Source: Zancudomyces culisetae HAW-14-8
Taxonomy: Eukaryota > Fungi > Kickxellomycota
Direction: 5' to 3'
NCBI GenBank assembly: GCA_052426225.1
Contig: JBNJNM010000021.1
Coordinates: forward strand, 1,178,001 to 1,242,000
DNA: 64,000 bases
Shown here one piece after another: positions 44,965 to 58,703 of the stretch (positions within the stretch are counted from its first letter, which is position 1; the number at the start of each line of letters is the position of its first letter). The translations under genes and the position numbers were made by a program. Under the pieces are notes generated by a model. That model searched no databases. It worked only from the letters and a program-made list of their open reading frames with translations, and had not been told where the DNA came from.

Positions 44965-47793
44965 GAACAGGGGTGTATGTATTTAAAGATTACTACCAGA
45001 AGCAGGCTATGATATACATTATATTCTCTTTTGGCTATCTAGCTACAATACCTTTTCACACCTCCGCTTTACAATTGATTTGTCTACATAATTCTTTGGT
45101 GCCGACGAGATTCTCAGCCATTTGCATGATCCCGGGTGTCATCATGTATTTTTATTTTTAAAAACACCATTCAACCTTGATAGTGGTGGATTAATACGTC
45201 CCTGACCGGAATAAGCCCGATTTTCAAGCACCCTCCTCTCCATCCTCAGCTCCTTTCGATTTTGTATTGCAAAGTTTGCTTCAGGAAACAACTTTCTAGT
45301 TTCGGGCAAAACCCTTTTTTATTTTCCCTTTTTCACACAAATACTTACTTGGGTTATTTTCTTGATATCATTAAAATTAATTGAGAATGTCTTTAACAAT
45401 CATTCTAATATGACATTCGCATCTCATGGATGATAAATGCGTGTTAGGGTAACACTGCGCATGGTACATTTACCTTTCATTGGAAAAAGAATATGATGAA
45501 ATCGTAAGATGATTATCTGAATCATTTTATAATGTGGTGTTTCTAAGGTACAGGGTGGTGATCCATGCACTAGGTGAGCTGTTTTCATGCACCTCTATAC
45601 ATTTTGATACTTAGCATAGTCACACCTCAATTCCTGATATTCTCTACACTTTCATTGGTATTTATTTTAAAGAACGCTCAAGCCCTATTAAGCGTTTAGC
45701 TATTAGATGTTTAATTTCAATCAAGGAGTCGCCAAAGTACACATGATAAAATGCGGAGCCGTAAACATATTTTTGATGCTTTATTACCTAAAAAGGCAAA
45801 AAGATATTCCATGTAAAGGTTTTTTATACAGTCTTTTTTGTAATAAAAATCGTACAAAATCGGCATTTTCCAGGCACGTGAATCGTTCTCTTAGTGGAGT
45901 ATGCTATGGCACTGGGATTGGTGAGCAGAATTAAGAACATAGTTTTGATTATACATTAAATGGCGTGAAGGGGGAAGGAGGATGGTATAACAAGATTTAT
46001 AAAATGGCCGCGCTAATAGGAAGCCGGAAGATTGATGGATTATATGACCCATAGTAATCTATACCTCAATAAATGTTATCACTAAAACTGAAAAAACCTA
46101 AATGTATGAACTTTGAAATCTATAATTGGCACATAATAGCACCACAGAATCTCTTTTTTTTTTGCCTGCGTGAACTTATTAAACGAATATCACTTAAAAC
46201 TACAAAAAATAATCCTACACAATATTCATCTAACCAATCCCCCTCGGTCCCTCTAGGAAATCTACATCTACCAGGTGCTGGTTCAATGAAAAAAATACCT
46301 ACCAAAAAAAAAACCCCCCCTCATAAGAGTCGAATAATGGTGCAAAAGTCTAAGGTTATGATTGGTATCTTTGATGGTATGATTACGCCCCTCTACTTTT
46401 TGCTATCATCAAAAAAGGGAAGTGACACCATTGCATATTTTCTTCATAGAGCTAAGATGATGCCTTTAACGGCGGTATCTCTATTGAATTCATTTGGATT
46501 TCCCTATTTATGATTCACGGTTTTTATGATTACATATCTCGGAAAATCACAAGAAAAATACAATCTACCCTTAATTTATTTTGTAATGAAAAGATTCACA
46601 AGCTCAAGTGATGAAGATTACAAGCAAACCAATATAACCATATCTCTGGTAATATTCAGAGCAATTTTAGAAAATAACCTTTAATTTAAGGGTAGTTCAC
46701 TTTTTCAGTTTGCTTTGAAAATCAAAATGTGAGGTGTAAAAATAGAATGCTATTACGTAAAAATGCCGATGCTATTGTTTGGATATGAAGGCGGGTATTA
46801 GCAATTATTAACATGGGATACAGATGTACGTAATCATAAATTTGCAGCAAAAGTTTGCCAATAAACATCAAGTCACAATAATCGCTTTTAACCAGCTTGG
46901 TGAATTTAGTAAGTATATTCTTTGTAAGCCTCAATAAAGCTGTGGTCCTGCAAAGCTATCTATTAGGTTGACATTTTACGAATTGCAACTGCCACTTGCC
47001 TGTTACTAAGCCATCCAATCAGCTTCAATATGTTACAACTTTTAGCCAAATTAAGTAACATGGAAAACTATCGAAAAAAATCATTAAATAGGAAATGTTT
47101 TAATGTAGTTTATAAAGCGAGAAATTAAGGTATTGTATTCATTCTTTATTTCTAAAAAAAAGAATTGAAAAAATACAAAGGGCTTTTTTCTATATTATGT
47201 CCTATAGATACCTTGAATATGAATAGATTTTTTTCCAGTCAATTTCTTGACTAGTGTATATATAAAAACAATAGCGCATTAAAAGTAGTAAAAAAACGCG
47301 GTTAAAATTCTCATAAACTGACTTTTACCTTTTATTAAAAAGCATACATCAACATCATTGCATTAAATAGCATTTTCCTGGAAAGTATACAGCTTCAACA
47401 ATAAACAAACAATTAATACAAAAAAATCATATATATTAGCAACACTTCAACATCAAAAAGCATATCGAGCTCAATACAGATCAAGCAGAACGTACCAGGA
47501 TTTAATCGTAGCGGATAACTCGAATTGATATCATCAGGCTTTTGCAAGACTTGTATAGGTTCAATTAATACAACAATAGTTCTTCACATAAACCTTTTTT
47601 CTGTCTAGTACATATATTAACTAATTAAGGTGCCGACTAGCAAAAATAAAGCCAACAACCAAGTATAGAAAAAATATAAAGGCGAGAATATCATAAAACC
47701 TGCATTAAAATCATTATAGAGAAAAAAGTAGAGAAAACTCACGGGTAACTGATCAAGCGTTTTTTAAGTATATCCACAAGACTATAAAAAAAA

Positions 47794-49278
47794 ATGAACA
47801 CTCATATCAAAAACTTTAGTTCTTCAACAATGGTGATCGAGGAACAAAACATGCTTTCACAAATAAAGGGACTTAACTTTACAGGACGGCTCAACTCGAC
47901 TTTTGGGGAGGGGTTTTATGACATGTTAAGCACTGTGGATGGGTTAAACTTACTAAGGAAGTGGGCAAAGTCCAGGTATTGCGAAGAACTGGTGGAGTTT
48001 ATAGAGAGCTATCAAGAATTAAAGAGGGTTGTGGTTTCATATATTACAGAGTATAGAAGATCAACTTTAAAATCATTTCATTTGAATTCTGACGACCACG
48101 CTCAGAAGAATGTACTTTTAGTGCCGAAAACACGTCTCAAGGACGAATTTGACTCTTTGCTCCTTTCTTCAGATCACCTGTTACTAGACAAAAAACAAAC
48201 TACAAGAAATGTAAAAGAAAAAGATATAGATCTACAGCTTCAAAAGTTTAGGATTAACACAGAAACTTCGAACAGAAACACAAAGCATAACGAATTAGTA
48301 GAAAGTCCTACCAACACACGTCCAAGCTGGTACAGGAACGTTTCTTCCAGGGGAAGGAGAGGCACGAATGAAACCGGTCGTACAGATACCAAATATACAT
48401 CAAAAAGAAAATCTGTATACGTAAAGCCAAAGATCCACAATAGATACGAGTATAACGACGTAACTCACGATAAAAACCGGATATCAGTCCTTTATAACCA
48501 TCCTGGAAATACAAACACGCTTTTACAGAGAGGAGAAAACAATTCTGATCCTGATTCTGACATTGAGAATCAATATAATGAAGTGGAGCATTTGATTATG
48601 GAGCGATACGAAGGGCCTGACAACAAAGAAGAGACAGAATCGGACGAATTGTATTCATCGGGGGATATGCACAGTGAAGATTATCGCTCTGGGCACTGGA
48701 CTGAACGGGAAAAATCTTACAAGATTCCAGTATCGCAAGCTCCTGGTCCATACTCACCCCAGGATTGTCATACACCCACCTCAGGCCCCCTTTTAAAGAA
48801 TACCACACACATCAAAGGTAACGGGGCCAATCGGTTAAAATGGAATGATTTTGTCAAATCTGATGTTTTCGTGGAAATATTTGTCCTGCCACTACCAGCT
48901 ACAATAGTAGAATCGGTTATTTACAGTGTTCCTCTTAAAAACACGTATAACTCCACCTCCAAAGATAAAACCTCTGGCCATGAGCACGAAGTAGATGCGA
49001 GGGCTTTGAATTTTGATAATTCTTTTGTGGAATCGAACCTAAAGACAGTTTCCGAAACAAAAGTTCCACGCCCGCTAAGAATCTATTTTTCTGATATTTT
49101 TCTAAAGTTCTTTTGCGAAGATTCCAGCTCTATGATTAATGTCCCTGGCAGTCTAGTCCGGTCTCTATCTAAAATGCACTCTGAAAAGACAATGACATAT
49201 GGGATGTTTGATACCGCTCTGGAAAACACGCTGGAAATGTTATACCACAACATTTATTCGTTAATTTCTAAAGATTAG
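47794..49278 (+). CDS. RGS-domain protein with the RGS fold split by a long insert
   Basis: N-part FYDMLSTVDGLNLLRKWAKSRYCEELVEFIESYQEL; C-part IFLKFFCEDSSSMINVP...MFDTALENTLEMLYHNIY. Confidence 0.8.
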   Translation: MNTHIKNFSSSTMVIEEQNMLSQIKGLNFTGRLNSTFGEGFYDMLSTVDGLNLLRKWAKSRYCEELVEFIESYQELKRVVVSYITEYRRSTLKSFHLNSDDHAQKNVLLVPKTRLKDEFDSLLLSSDHLLLDKKQTTRNVKEKDIDLQLQKFRINTETSNRNTKHNELVESPTNTRPSWYRNVSSRGRRGTNETGRTDTKYTSKRKSVYVKPKIHNRYEYNDVTHDKNRISVLYNHPGNTNTLLQRGENNSDPDSDIENQYNEVEHLIMERYEGPDNKEETESDELYSSGDMHSEDYRSGHWTEREKSYKIPVSQAPGPYSPQDCHTPTSGPLLKNTTHIKGNGANRLKWNDFVKSDVFVEIFVLPLPATIVESVIYSVPLKNTYNSTSKDKTSGHEHEVDARALNFDNSFVESNLKTVSETKVPRPLRIYFSDIFLKFFCEDSSSMINVPGSLVRSLSKMHSEKTMTYGMFDTALENTLEMLYHNIYSLISKD

Positions 49279-51861
49279 TAATGACATGCCTCAAAAATTG
49301 ATACCTTTGGGATTGTCTGTTTTAGTCAAATAAATTTTTTTCTGTCAATAGAGCAAATAGTAATTATGACAGAGGTACTTGTTTGTCATGTCCTTTCTTA
49401 TTATTTTTAACCTAATTTTCTTTCTTTGTGTGTATTTGTGTTTAGAAATCAAGAAAATCGAAATCTCGCTTTTTTTTTGGAGGGGACGCAGTAGAATATT
49501 GATACTATTACCAGCGTGTAAGCTCTGGTTATACGTCCAACTTGAGATAACCCTAATTTTAACAGCCCTGAGCTTAGAATACAGCTGGTGTGTTTGAAAG
49601 CTTCTTACACTTACATTTAATACCGTTATTATACAATACACACTAACCAGGGCTAATTATAGATTGAAAAAACAAGGCAGGACTACAAAAAGATGCTTCT
49701 CAATTTTTTGGTGAGAGGAGAAAGTAGGATACAAATTACTATCTTTTGTTACACCAACACGTGTGATCTCGCAAAATCGAAATTGACAAGTAGATAGGCG
49801 GATCTTGGGACATTTGAAATGCATTAGCTTCTTGTACTAATACACGTTAAAAGAATTTTCGGAATTTTATTTAATTTGGTGAAAAAAAAACAAATTTAGG
49901 ATTTTAGCTCATATTTTTCTCCTTGTGTCGCAACTAGTGGGAATTTCAATTTACATTGCATAAAGAATTACAGTAGGATTTTGTAATTACGATGAAAAGA
50001 AAGGCAAAACAGATTTCCTAATAGCCTAATACCTGTTGCTGAACCAAATAAAAAAATTTAAGGATGAAGGGACAAAACTCCTATACATTCATTTTGTCAT
50101 ATAAATAACTGATATTTTGTATTTCCCTCGAAATAGGTGAAAAAGATTGATCAAAATCAACTAGCTTCAAGCAAAAGTAAATCCTTAAGCTGAAACCTAC
50201 ACCATAACCGATTCAAAGCTGCTAATCACTATTGTGTTCAAGTTCAAATTTTCCCTCATCGTCCTATTTACTTCAAGCGTAAAACCGACTTTAATATTTG
50301 ATTTGTTTTATCTTTCTCCTTTCCTTTTTTTATTATTTTTTTAAATTACTTGATACCAACAAAATGCGTCATATCATCAACTTGGCATGAAAGCCCCACT
50401 TTTTCGTGGTTAATAAACGAAGGTTTGGCTGTCATGAAAGAAAATTTTCAAGAAACACTGGATATAAATAATTGTACTGACGCAAATGATAATATCAGTG
50501 ACCATACACCCTACGCTGGTGTTTAAAGGCCTCTTTTTGTAACTGTTCTTGTTTGTTTTTGTTGTTCTTAACCCATATGCTACTTAAATGCAACACCAAA
50601 ATCAAAGCCAAAAGGGAGCAAATATAGAAACCATAACCATAACCATAACCATAATGCTCAAGTTTTTCGCGTTTTTGTGCAAAATATGAATATTCCAAAT
50701 CTAAATGATTAATGTTTGGCATTAAACAAGTGACAATATGCTAGTTACACAGAAGGATTAACATTCTGCCCAACATATAGTGTTTTTGCTCAACTTTTCA
50801 GCTAAATACACAATTACATCCAAATAAAAAAGTGTAATACCGACCCATTATGAATGTCACTTTGATTTGGATCGAAAAACTAGAGAAATCGTATGTAGTC
50901 CCATTTCGTGCGTGGTATCTAACCCTGTCATATTACATACATATACCTGTGATTTTTTTTCTTTTTTAACGATGCACTTTAAAATGATGTCTTGTATGGA
51001 AGCAAATATATGGTACTAGGAATGAATGAATGGTTATGTGACATAAAAAGATTAACAGTATTAGTCAAACTTCATCCGTTGATCAACTTATCGAAAAAAA
51101 ATATTGACTGGTTGCACTTTTTCTTGGACGTGTCGGGTACAAGAAAAGGCATTTACACAAACTAGATTTGGGGTAGAATATCACGATATTTTTTCTATTT
51201 TTTAACTCTGAATTTGATAGATTGACGTTATGCTGTTCTTTATAATACAAAAATTATATTAGCAAACAGCCAAAGCAAAAAAAAAAACTAAAGTAAAAAA
51301 CATGTAGAAAAGTATAAATAAAGCTAAAATGACATCCTGTCCACCAAAAGTATACCGACATCTAACAAGGCTCCGACACTATTGATAGATAGCAGTGTAG
51401 CGTTTTATAATGCTTGAGCGGGAAATTCGAAAAGAACGCATTTACCTAATGTCATTTTTTTAAGAATAGATTTTAATCTCCAAAAGAATAGTTTATATAT
51501 GCGCTTTTAATGTACACCTCAACTAAGAATATAGCAGGTGCCGACTATTTTATTACGAAAATAACGAAAGCTTAACGTATGAACCTAGCTGTGTGACTGG
51601 GATAGTTTTATTTTCGCTTAATTAAAACTTGTTTATTTGAATTATTATTGCTATATCCTAACAATCTAGTGCTGATTACCACAAAAACTTACAAAGAAAA
51701 AAAAACTACTAATTTTTTTTTATCTGATAATATCATTACTAATAGTATCTTAGGCCTTTATTAATTTATTATATAGTTTTTTATAATTTACAAGCAAAAA
51801 AAAAAACAACAAAGTTAAAAAGTTAAATTACTAAACAATACTTTAAAAACAAAGGAGGGTA

Positions 51862-54226
51862 ATGTGTGCTCACGACGGAAAAATAAGAACACCAAAAATC
51901 AAAGATCTAAATGTAGATAAATACGTTAATATTGAAGGCTGTTTTATTGATACAGGAATCGATTCCAATAATCAATGGGAAATGTATTTCAATAGAATTG
52001 TAGAAAACGGAGCGTCTTGTGAATGCGCTACAAATATATCAACTAAAGAAAGCAGCATGTATCCATTAGATAATAATAGCCAGTGTCAATACCAATGTAA
52101 AAGCCCAATGCAATATCCACAGTGGCACCAAGCACAAGCTCAAGATCAAATATATGCTGCAGGCAAAAACAATATCGCTACAGTAAATATGGGGTGTAGT
52201 ACAGGTTCCGCTAGTAGTATTAGTGGCAATGATTATTCAAATGACCTGAAAAGAAAAGCCTTGAGTCAATGTGAAGATTTTAACGACGAAATTCTGCAAG
52301 GGTGTGGAAATAAACCGGACAAAAGAACTAAAAATGGAGCCAAAGCCTACACATCACACTTTCAAGCAGAAACAAAAGATCAAACTGAGGGCAAGTACTA
52401 ATACATTAAACATTTATATTCAGTTCATTATACTAACCTGGCAACAATAATTAATAGAAGGCAGTATCACTTTATCTGGAACAGTTAATGCTCAGCTACA
52501 GGAATTTATGACATACAATGCACCCAAATACAATCACAGCAACATGGGGGCAACCGAGGTTTCCAAAAACCCAACTTTTAAGCAGCCGTGCAAATCTGAA
52601 GTATCCGAAAATAATATGACAAATATAATTTCCCTTGGAGATAAACCTCAAGGAAATAGGATTGCTATTCATGAGAGTATGACCTTTATGATGCCCCAAC
52701 AAGAAAAAAAGGAATCAAACACATGTAGCGAGAATATCAGAGGCATCGACTATAATGATCTTCAAGAACGAATCAAGAAAAGTGTAACCGCATTTCTAAG
52801 ATCACACATGTTGGAAGTCTGTTCCAAGAATACCAATAACATGGGTGACGATATCAATGCAGACAAAGATATATTTAATGATAGAAAGATAAATAACACA
52901 TCTGATAAGAGTTTCACTTCAGTTGCTCAAAATACAGAAAACAAAAATCTAGAAACTCTGAAAAGGTTTGGTTCGCACGTAAACAAAACTCACAACAATG
53001 TTGATGGTGGTAATGCCGTACAAAATATTGCTGGGGAAACCGAACAAAAAAGCAGAATTATAGTGGTCAACCTTACCAATTACTTTGTGGGCTTGGATAG
53101 TCTTACATCAATTCCGATTACTGGAGATAAAAGCACATCCAGCAACACCAACAATCACATAAAATTGACAAAAAACAATAGCTACTCAAAAGATTCTTTT
53201 GCAAATGCTGAACATGTGCCTGATATGTGCGATACTTTCAACGATAATACAGTTTACGAGTCTAATTGTGAAATATTTGATAATAACATTGGTTTAAGTG
53301 CTAGTCAAAGTCTTGTAGATTACAACACAAGCAAGGAAAATACAGTGTCGTTTCAAAGCTACAATGATGGCCCACTCAAATGCAATATTCACGATTATGT
53401 TAATATGAATAGTCCTCAACTTGACAATCTTTTCGAAAAAGTCAGCAAACCAACCTACACGCTTGGCACATGCTTTGATGGTTTTGGTGGTAAGTTACAC
53501 GACCAAACAAGCTATTTTGGTTACTGTGAAGATAAACAAGTGTACCCAAGCTGGAGTAGCGAATTGAATAAAATGGGTATGTCCCATTTGACGCCAGCCG
53601 AGAATGACATCACTAGTATCCTCGGATTATACTCTGAAAACGACCAAAGTCAGAAAATTGACCCGAACAGCCAAAGTTACAAAGAAGACCTTCAGATTTT
53701 TGACAATGTCATTCGAGGTTTATCGGTTCAAAGTCCAAAGAGAGCAGCTACTGAAGATTTTCAATACAACGTCAGTACGAATGTAAAGTCAAGCTGTACG
53801 GAACTTATAGAAGATATTATAAATTCAGTTAGAGATAATAAAAAGGGAAAAGTGCACGAGTTTGGTGCAAGTAGCCAAGACGAATCATCAAATGATCGCA
53901 ACATACCAGATAGCATGTCAAATTCATCACATGTTCTTTCCTATGCCGGTTCCAAAAAAACCTATACCAAAAAAAACACAGCACACCTAATAGAGTGGAT
54001 CCTTGAAAACTATAAAAATCCATACCCAGGCAAACAGGATAAAAAAAGGTTGGCCAGTTTAACCAATTTAACACATGCCCAGATTGTAAATTGGTTCAGC
54101 AATGCTCGACGAAGATTTCTCCAGAAAATCAAGGTTGGTGGAAAGATTGTTTGGAAATTAAAAGATTCTAACCGAACCGTCAAAAAGAGAATTGGTAGTC
54201 TCAAGCCTGGAGTTTCGAATGCATAG
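51862..54226 (+). CDS. TALE-class (KN) homeodomain transcription factor; 2 exons (51862-52390, 52458-54226)
   Basis: C-terminal LIEWILENYKNPYP...QIVNWFSNARRR. A short intron with TACTAAC branch site (52431-52437) joins the two ORFs in frame. Confidence 0.85.
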
Positions 54227-54540
54227 CTAGTAGACGCCATATCCATTTGAATGCTTTACATTTCTATATTTTTTAATATTTTAACAAACTTTATCTAGCT
54301 CAACATTCTTGTTATAAACAGTACATTTCTCTATGTAATTTATTATTTCTTGGGTAGTAGTTGGTAACTGTAGAGCGGGTTAATACAAGATGACATGTGT
54401 GATCGCAGAGTGATTCCAAACATCCCATAAGATATAGCCTCAAGTAAAATAAATATAAAAAAGTATAATAAGAACAAGAACGTTCATATTGTGTGTCAGA
54501 ACTAGAAGAAAAATGCGAAAATAGTAAGAAAAAATGAATA

Positions 54541-56801
54541 CTATAGCTGTTTGTTTGCAAGTCTGGCAGCCTTAAACCTTGATACCTTTTTGGATGGCTT
54601 TATAAGACCAGAGGAATCAGTAGCGTCAGAGTCTGCTGAAGCATGATTTGGGGAGGATACACTAGTAGAAACAACAACTGGAGCTGATGGAACTACTTTT
54701 GAAGCAGCTTTTGCGACAGAGCTAGGTACGCCGTCCGAATCATCGAGTTTTGACAGGTCAAACTCTTGAAAATCGCCATCATCCGAATGCTTTTTAGAGG
54801 GTTGTTCAATTTGATCAACCAACTTGGGACCCTAAAATGCAAAACATTAATGTGTCAAAATAAGTTTTAGTTTACCACGGCTGATTAAAATTAACCAAGA
54901 GGGTTCAGTTGAGAAAAAAAAACAATGAAAAAAAAGGGAGATGGAGATCAAGAGAGAAATATTAACTACCAAAACAAAACTCGTATTATAACTTACCTCT
55001 ACTTTTAAAAGTTCGCGCTCTGAAATTTCTTTGGCAGACTCGATATTCGAGTTATTAACAAAGGATTCTCTCTTGTTATTATATTCTCTAGAAATCTAGA
55101 TTAAAATAATAATGCATTGGTTAGATTTTTAAAGAGAAAATCACATATCCCTGCCTAAAGACCAAGACAGTAAAAATATATAAAAAAGTAGTAGCAATAT
55201 GTTCAATAGCACTTACCTCTTGGATAAGGCTATCCATTTCGTCCTGAGTAAACGAAACATCGAATTCATCGTTCTCCACAACTTTATCATTGACAGTCTT
55301 CAAAAAAGACGAATCGAAACTTTTATTTACACGGGTCGAGAAATTCTGCATGTCTTTGTCGTGTGAACTAGTACTCACTGGCGAGGCTATCGAAGTGTTG
55401 GCTTTAGAAGACTTGAGGATATGTGTTTCAACGGGTGTTATGAAATTCTCGTTATGTTCGATTGGCTGATATGGTAAAAGTATTGGAACGCTGGAGTTAG
55501 ACTTGGTTTTTGCAGAAAATGCCTTTGATCCTTCGCCATCTGCCTTTTTGGTTAACTGGGTTAAATCAATTACGTCGGATCTTTCCTCAACGTGAATATC
55601 CGAGGATGGACTATCGTACTCGTAGTATGCGACGTCTTGGACATCATTAAATGTAACTGTCTTTTTTGCTGAATTTTTCGAAGCTATTCGTGTTTCATCT
55701 TTTGTTTTTGTTAAAAGATCACGCTTAAATCTGGACTGTTTGGGCTTCAGAATACCTGATGACTTCTCATCGTTCACCAATGGATCGCTCTTAGTGCCAA
55801 ATTTGGCTGTAGATTTTGTTGGCATAGCAGTCTTATTCTTTGTATTGTCGTTAGTTCGTTCAAAAGTCTCCTCGACTTTTTTGCTATCCTTGTCTAAATC
55901 TGATAAAAAAATTGATGAAAAGGATGTCGATTATACATCATTAAAAAGAAAAAGAAAAAAAAAGTAAAAAAAAAGGATGTCTTACCCTCAACTATCTCGC
56001 CCTCTTCGTGTTCTACTTCGTTTAATTCTGCATTACGCAGCATATCCAGCAACTCTTGCTCCTCAATACCTATTTGTTGGCCAAGTTCGTCATCGTTTGC
56101 CAATCCTGTTCCCGAAAACACTTCATTCACGACCACACTTTCGTTTTTGTGCACATTTTCTGGAATCGTGTGCATGGCCACCCACTGTCTATCCTGTTCC
56201 TCCTGTTTCATTTCGTCCTCTTCGGTATAGTCTTCTTTGATCTCTATGATTCGATCGCCTTCCTCATTATACTAAAATATAAGTAATACAGACAGATTTA
56301 ATTAAAACAATCCAATTGTAAAATAAATATAAATATAAGAGCACAAATCGTCAACTCATGTCTTGTAAAAATCAAACATGAAAATAATAGCTTTACCTGT
56401 TGTTCCCCTGCTAAAATCATATCGGATATATCTTTTTCTTTTCCCTGAAGTCCATTTATTTGATTTTCAACCGCTCTTATTTTCTCATCTATAAACTCTT
56501 CCCTACGCTTTGCAATTTGACAGGCTTGGAACGCCGATCTTTCAACAAACCAATTATCGCCCAATAGCACTAGGATCTCATTTGTTCTAACGATTTTTCC
56601 TGGGATAAATGCAACATCACCAAATGGCAACATTGCATCGTATTCGATTTCCTTTGATATATCTTCCAAAGTCTCCTGCAACGCGACATACTCTTCTTTG
56701 AATTCCAAATATTGTTTCAAGGTTGATTTGTAGACATTCAGCTGGGCCTGATACTGACTGGCTCCAGCCGCGGTATTACTCCTGTTCGTATTACTCTGCA
56801 T
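54541..56801 (-). CDS. BUD27: Unconventional prefoldin RPB5 interactor (Bud27/URI); 5 exons (56801-56397, 56271-55986, 55899-55217, 55095-54997, 54831-54541)
   Basis: Alpha-prefoldin MLPFGDVAFIPGKIVRTNEILVLLGDNWFVERSA; spliced NEEGDRIIEIKE; C-terminal KKVSRFKAAR. Confidence 0.9.
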
Positions 56802-57358
56802 CGTTCGTTGAGATTATTATCAAGTTATATTACAAAATATACAATCTAAAGAAGAGTAGATATTTGTGGAGAGACGAGGGTGAGTATTCAAAGGCAAAAA
56901 ATGAACATACAGACAAAACCTTGCCAAATTTGGGTCTAAAAAATTTTTAATTCAGATTTATCCAGCAAATGGGCAAGATTTTTTACTTTTTTTTAATATT
57001 TTTTATCCAACCCAAAGGGTGATTTTAGTTGGATGTTTTTGATTGTACTAGTGCTGGATCGTAAGAAAGAATAAATGCAGGAAAAAAACCATGTACATTG
57101 GGTGTTTTTCGCGTTCAGCAAATGACAGGATTAACGATTTCATAGATTTCTAAAACCCGCAGTTTTGTTGATTATTTTTTGTTAGAACCAATGTCATTTA
57201 TTAGCTGATAATACAACAACCAAATATATCTGAAAGAATAGGGATTTAAACAAAAGTAGAGATATTTTACCAACAACTAGGTAAACAAACATCGACACAC
57301 ACCAGCATATTTGCTTGAGAATTTACAAGTGAATACAACAGGTTAAAATTCGAACAAA

Positions 57359-58589
57359 ATGGTAAGAATTGGCTGGACCAAATAACAAAAAAATACATAA
57401 AAAATACAAGATTTGGTGTTGTGTTGGCGGTTGAATTACTCTCGAAACGATCCACTTAGCAAGCTAACACTATGGAATGGAAAATAACATAATGATTTAG
57501 ACGAAACGAATGACTACTGAGGAGAAGAGGAAGGTGATGCTGCAGGTGTTTCATGAAAGGGTACTTTGTTTTTTAATACAAAATATGTGTCTTAATCTAG
57601 ATATATTCGTAAGCAACCAAGAGATTAAGTAGCTTTTTTTTATTGTTATTGAATGAATATATTTATATTATGTTTATGGACTGTATTCAATAGAAAACGT
57701 TTTTTCAACTTAAAGAACTCGAGAAGATTGGTTCAAGAGAAAAAAAAATAGGTATGGAAAAAAAGAGCTTATAATAACTTGGTTTGAGCCACACAATAAA
57801 TGGAATACGAATATATTATCTACTCTCTGTTGTCATTTAATTTTGCTATTGATGCGAATAGCGCTTCCAACTATAAAGGATGTGCTACAGTCCTTGGTGG
57901 ACGATGGGATGGTACATTTGGAAAAAATCGGAACCTCCAATTATTATTGGGCATTTCCAAGCGAGGCGTCTGTAAAGGTGAGCACAACTAGATATGCAAT
58001 ATATTGATTGGATGATACAGAGACATTGCTTTTATTATTCGAAGAAGTATAAATGTAAACACGATGACCCTTGTCGGCTATTGATATAGAGGGAGAAAAA
58101 GCTTGAGGAGCTCAGGAAGCAATACTCAGACCTGGAAAACCAACAAAAGAATTTGGAAAAGCAAATTGAGCAAAGCAGCAAAGGAAAAGAGAAATCGGTA
58201 AATGCACCATTATATTTGTGAATAAAAATAGCTTGTAGTTTTGTTAAAAGGATAAAAGTAAAAAAGTAACAATGTGCCTACCTCGAATCCTTCCACCTTC
58301 CTTTCCTCCAACAACAAAAATATAGGATGAACGAGATGCATTGGAACAAGAGCTAGCAGAACTCGAGAAGCAGTATGCCCACGACAACGAAGTTTTGGAA
58401 AAACATAAGGAAAACGATCCAGTTGTTTTGCGAGAAAAGGCAAAAAAGACAGGCGAGCTCAGGAATATAGCAAACGCATGGACAGACAATGTATTTATAT
58501 TACAAAGCTGGTGCTGTAACAAGTTTGGAATTAGTACTAGTGATTTTAACAAACAGTTTGGGATTTCTGACGACTTTGACAGCGTTTAA
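57359..58589 (+). CDS. MND1: Meiotic nuclear division protein 1; 6 coding exons (57359-57361, 57501-57560, 57694-57751, 57862-57977, 58090-58197, 58326-58589)
   Basis: Spliced product contains [45 protein letters not shown] and [15 protein letters not shown]; phases consistent. Confidence 0.93.
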
Positions 58590-58703
58590 ACTTATCACTG
58601 TCTGGGTTGTCCTCCCCCCTCCCCCCTCCCCCAGATATTCATGATAAAAGTGGTATTATTAGTGATTTGATCTAGAAAGGATGGAGAAATAGTAATAAAA
58701 TAA

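Noticed and set aside
46073-46513. 146-aa ORF
   Set aside because: Runs through homopolymer tracts with no recognisable motif; probably spurious.
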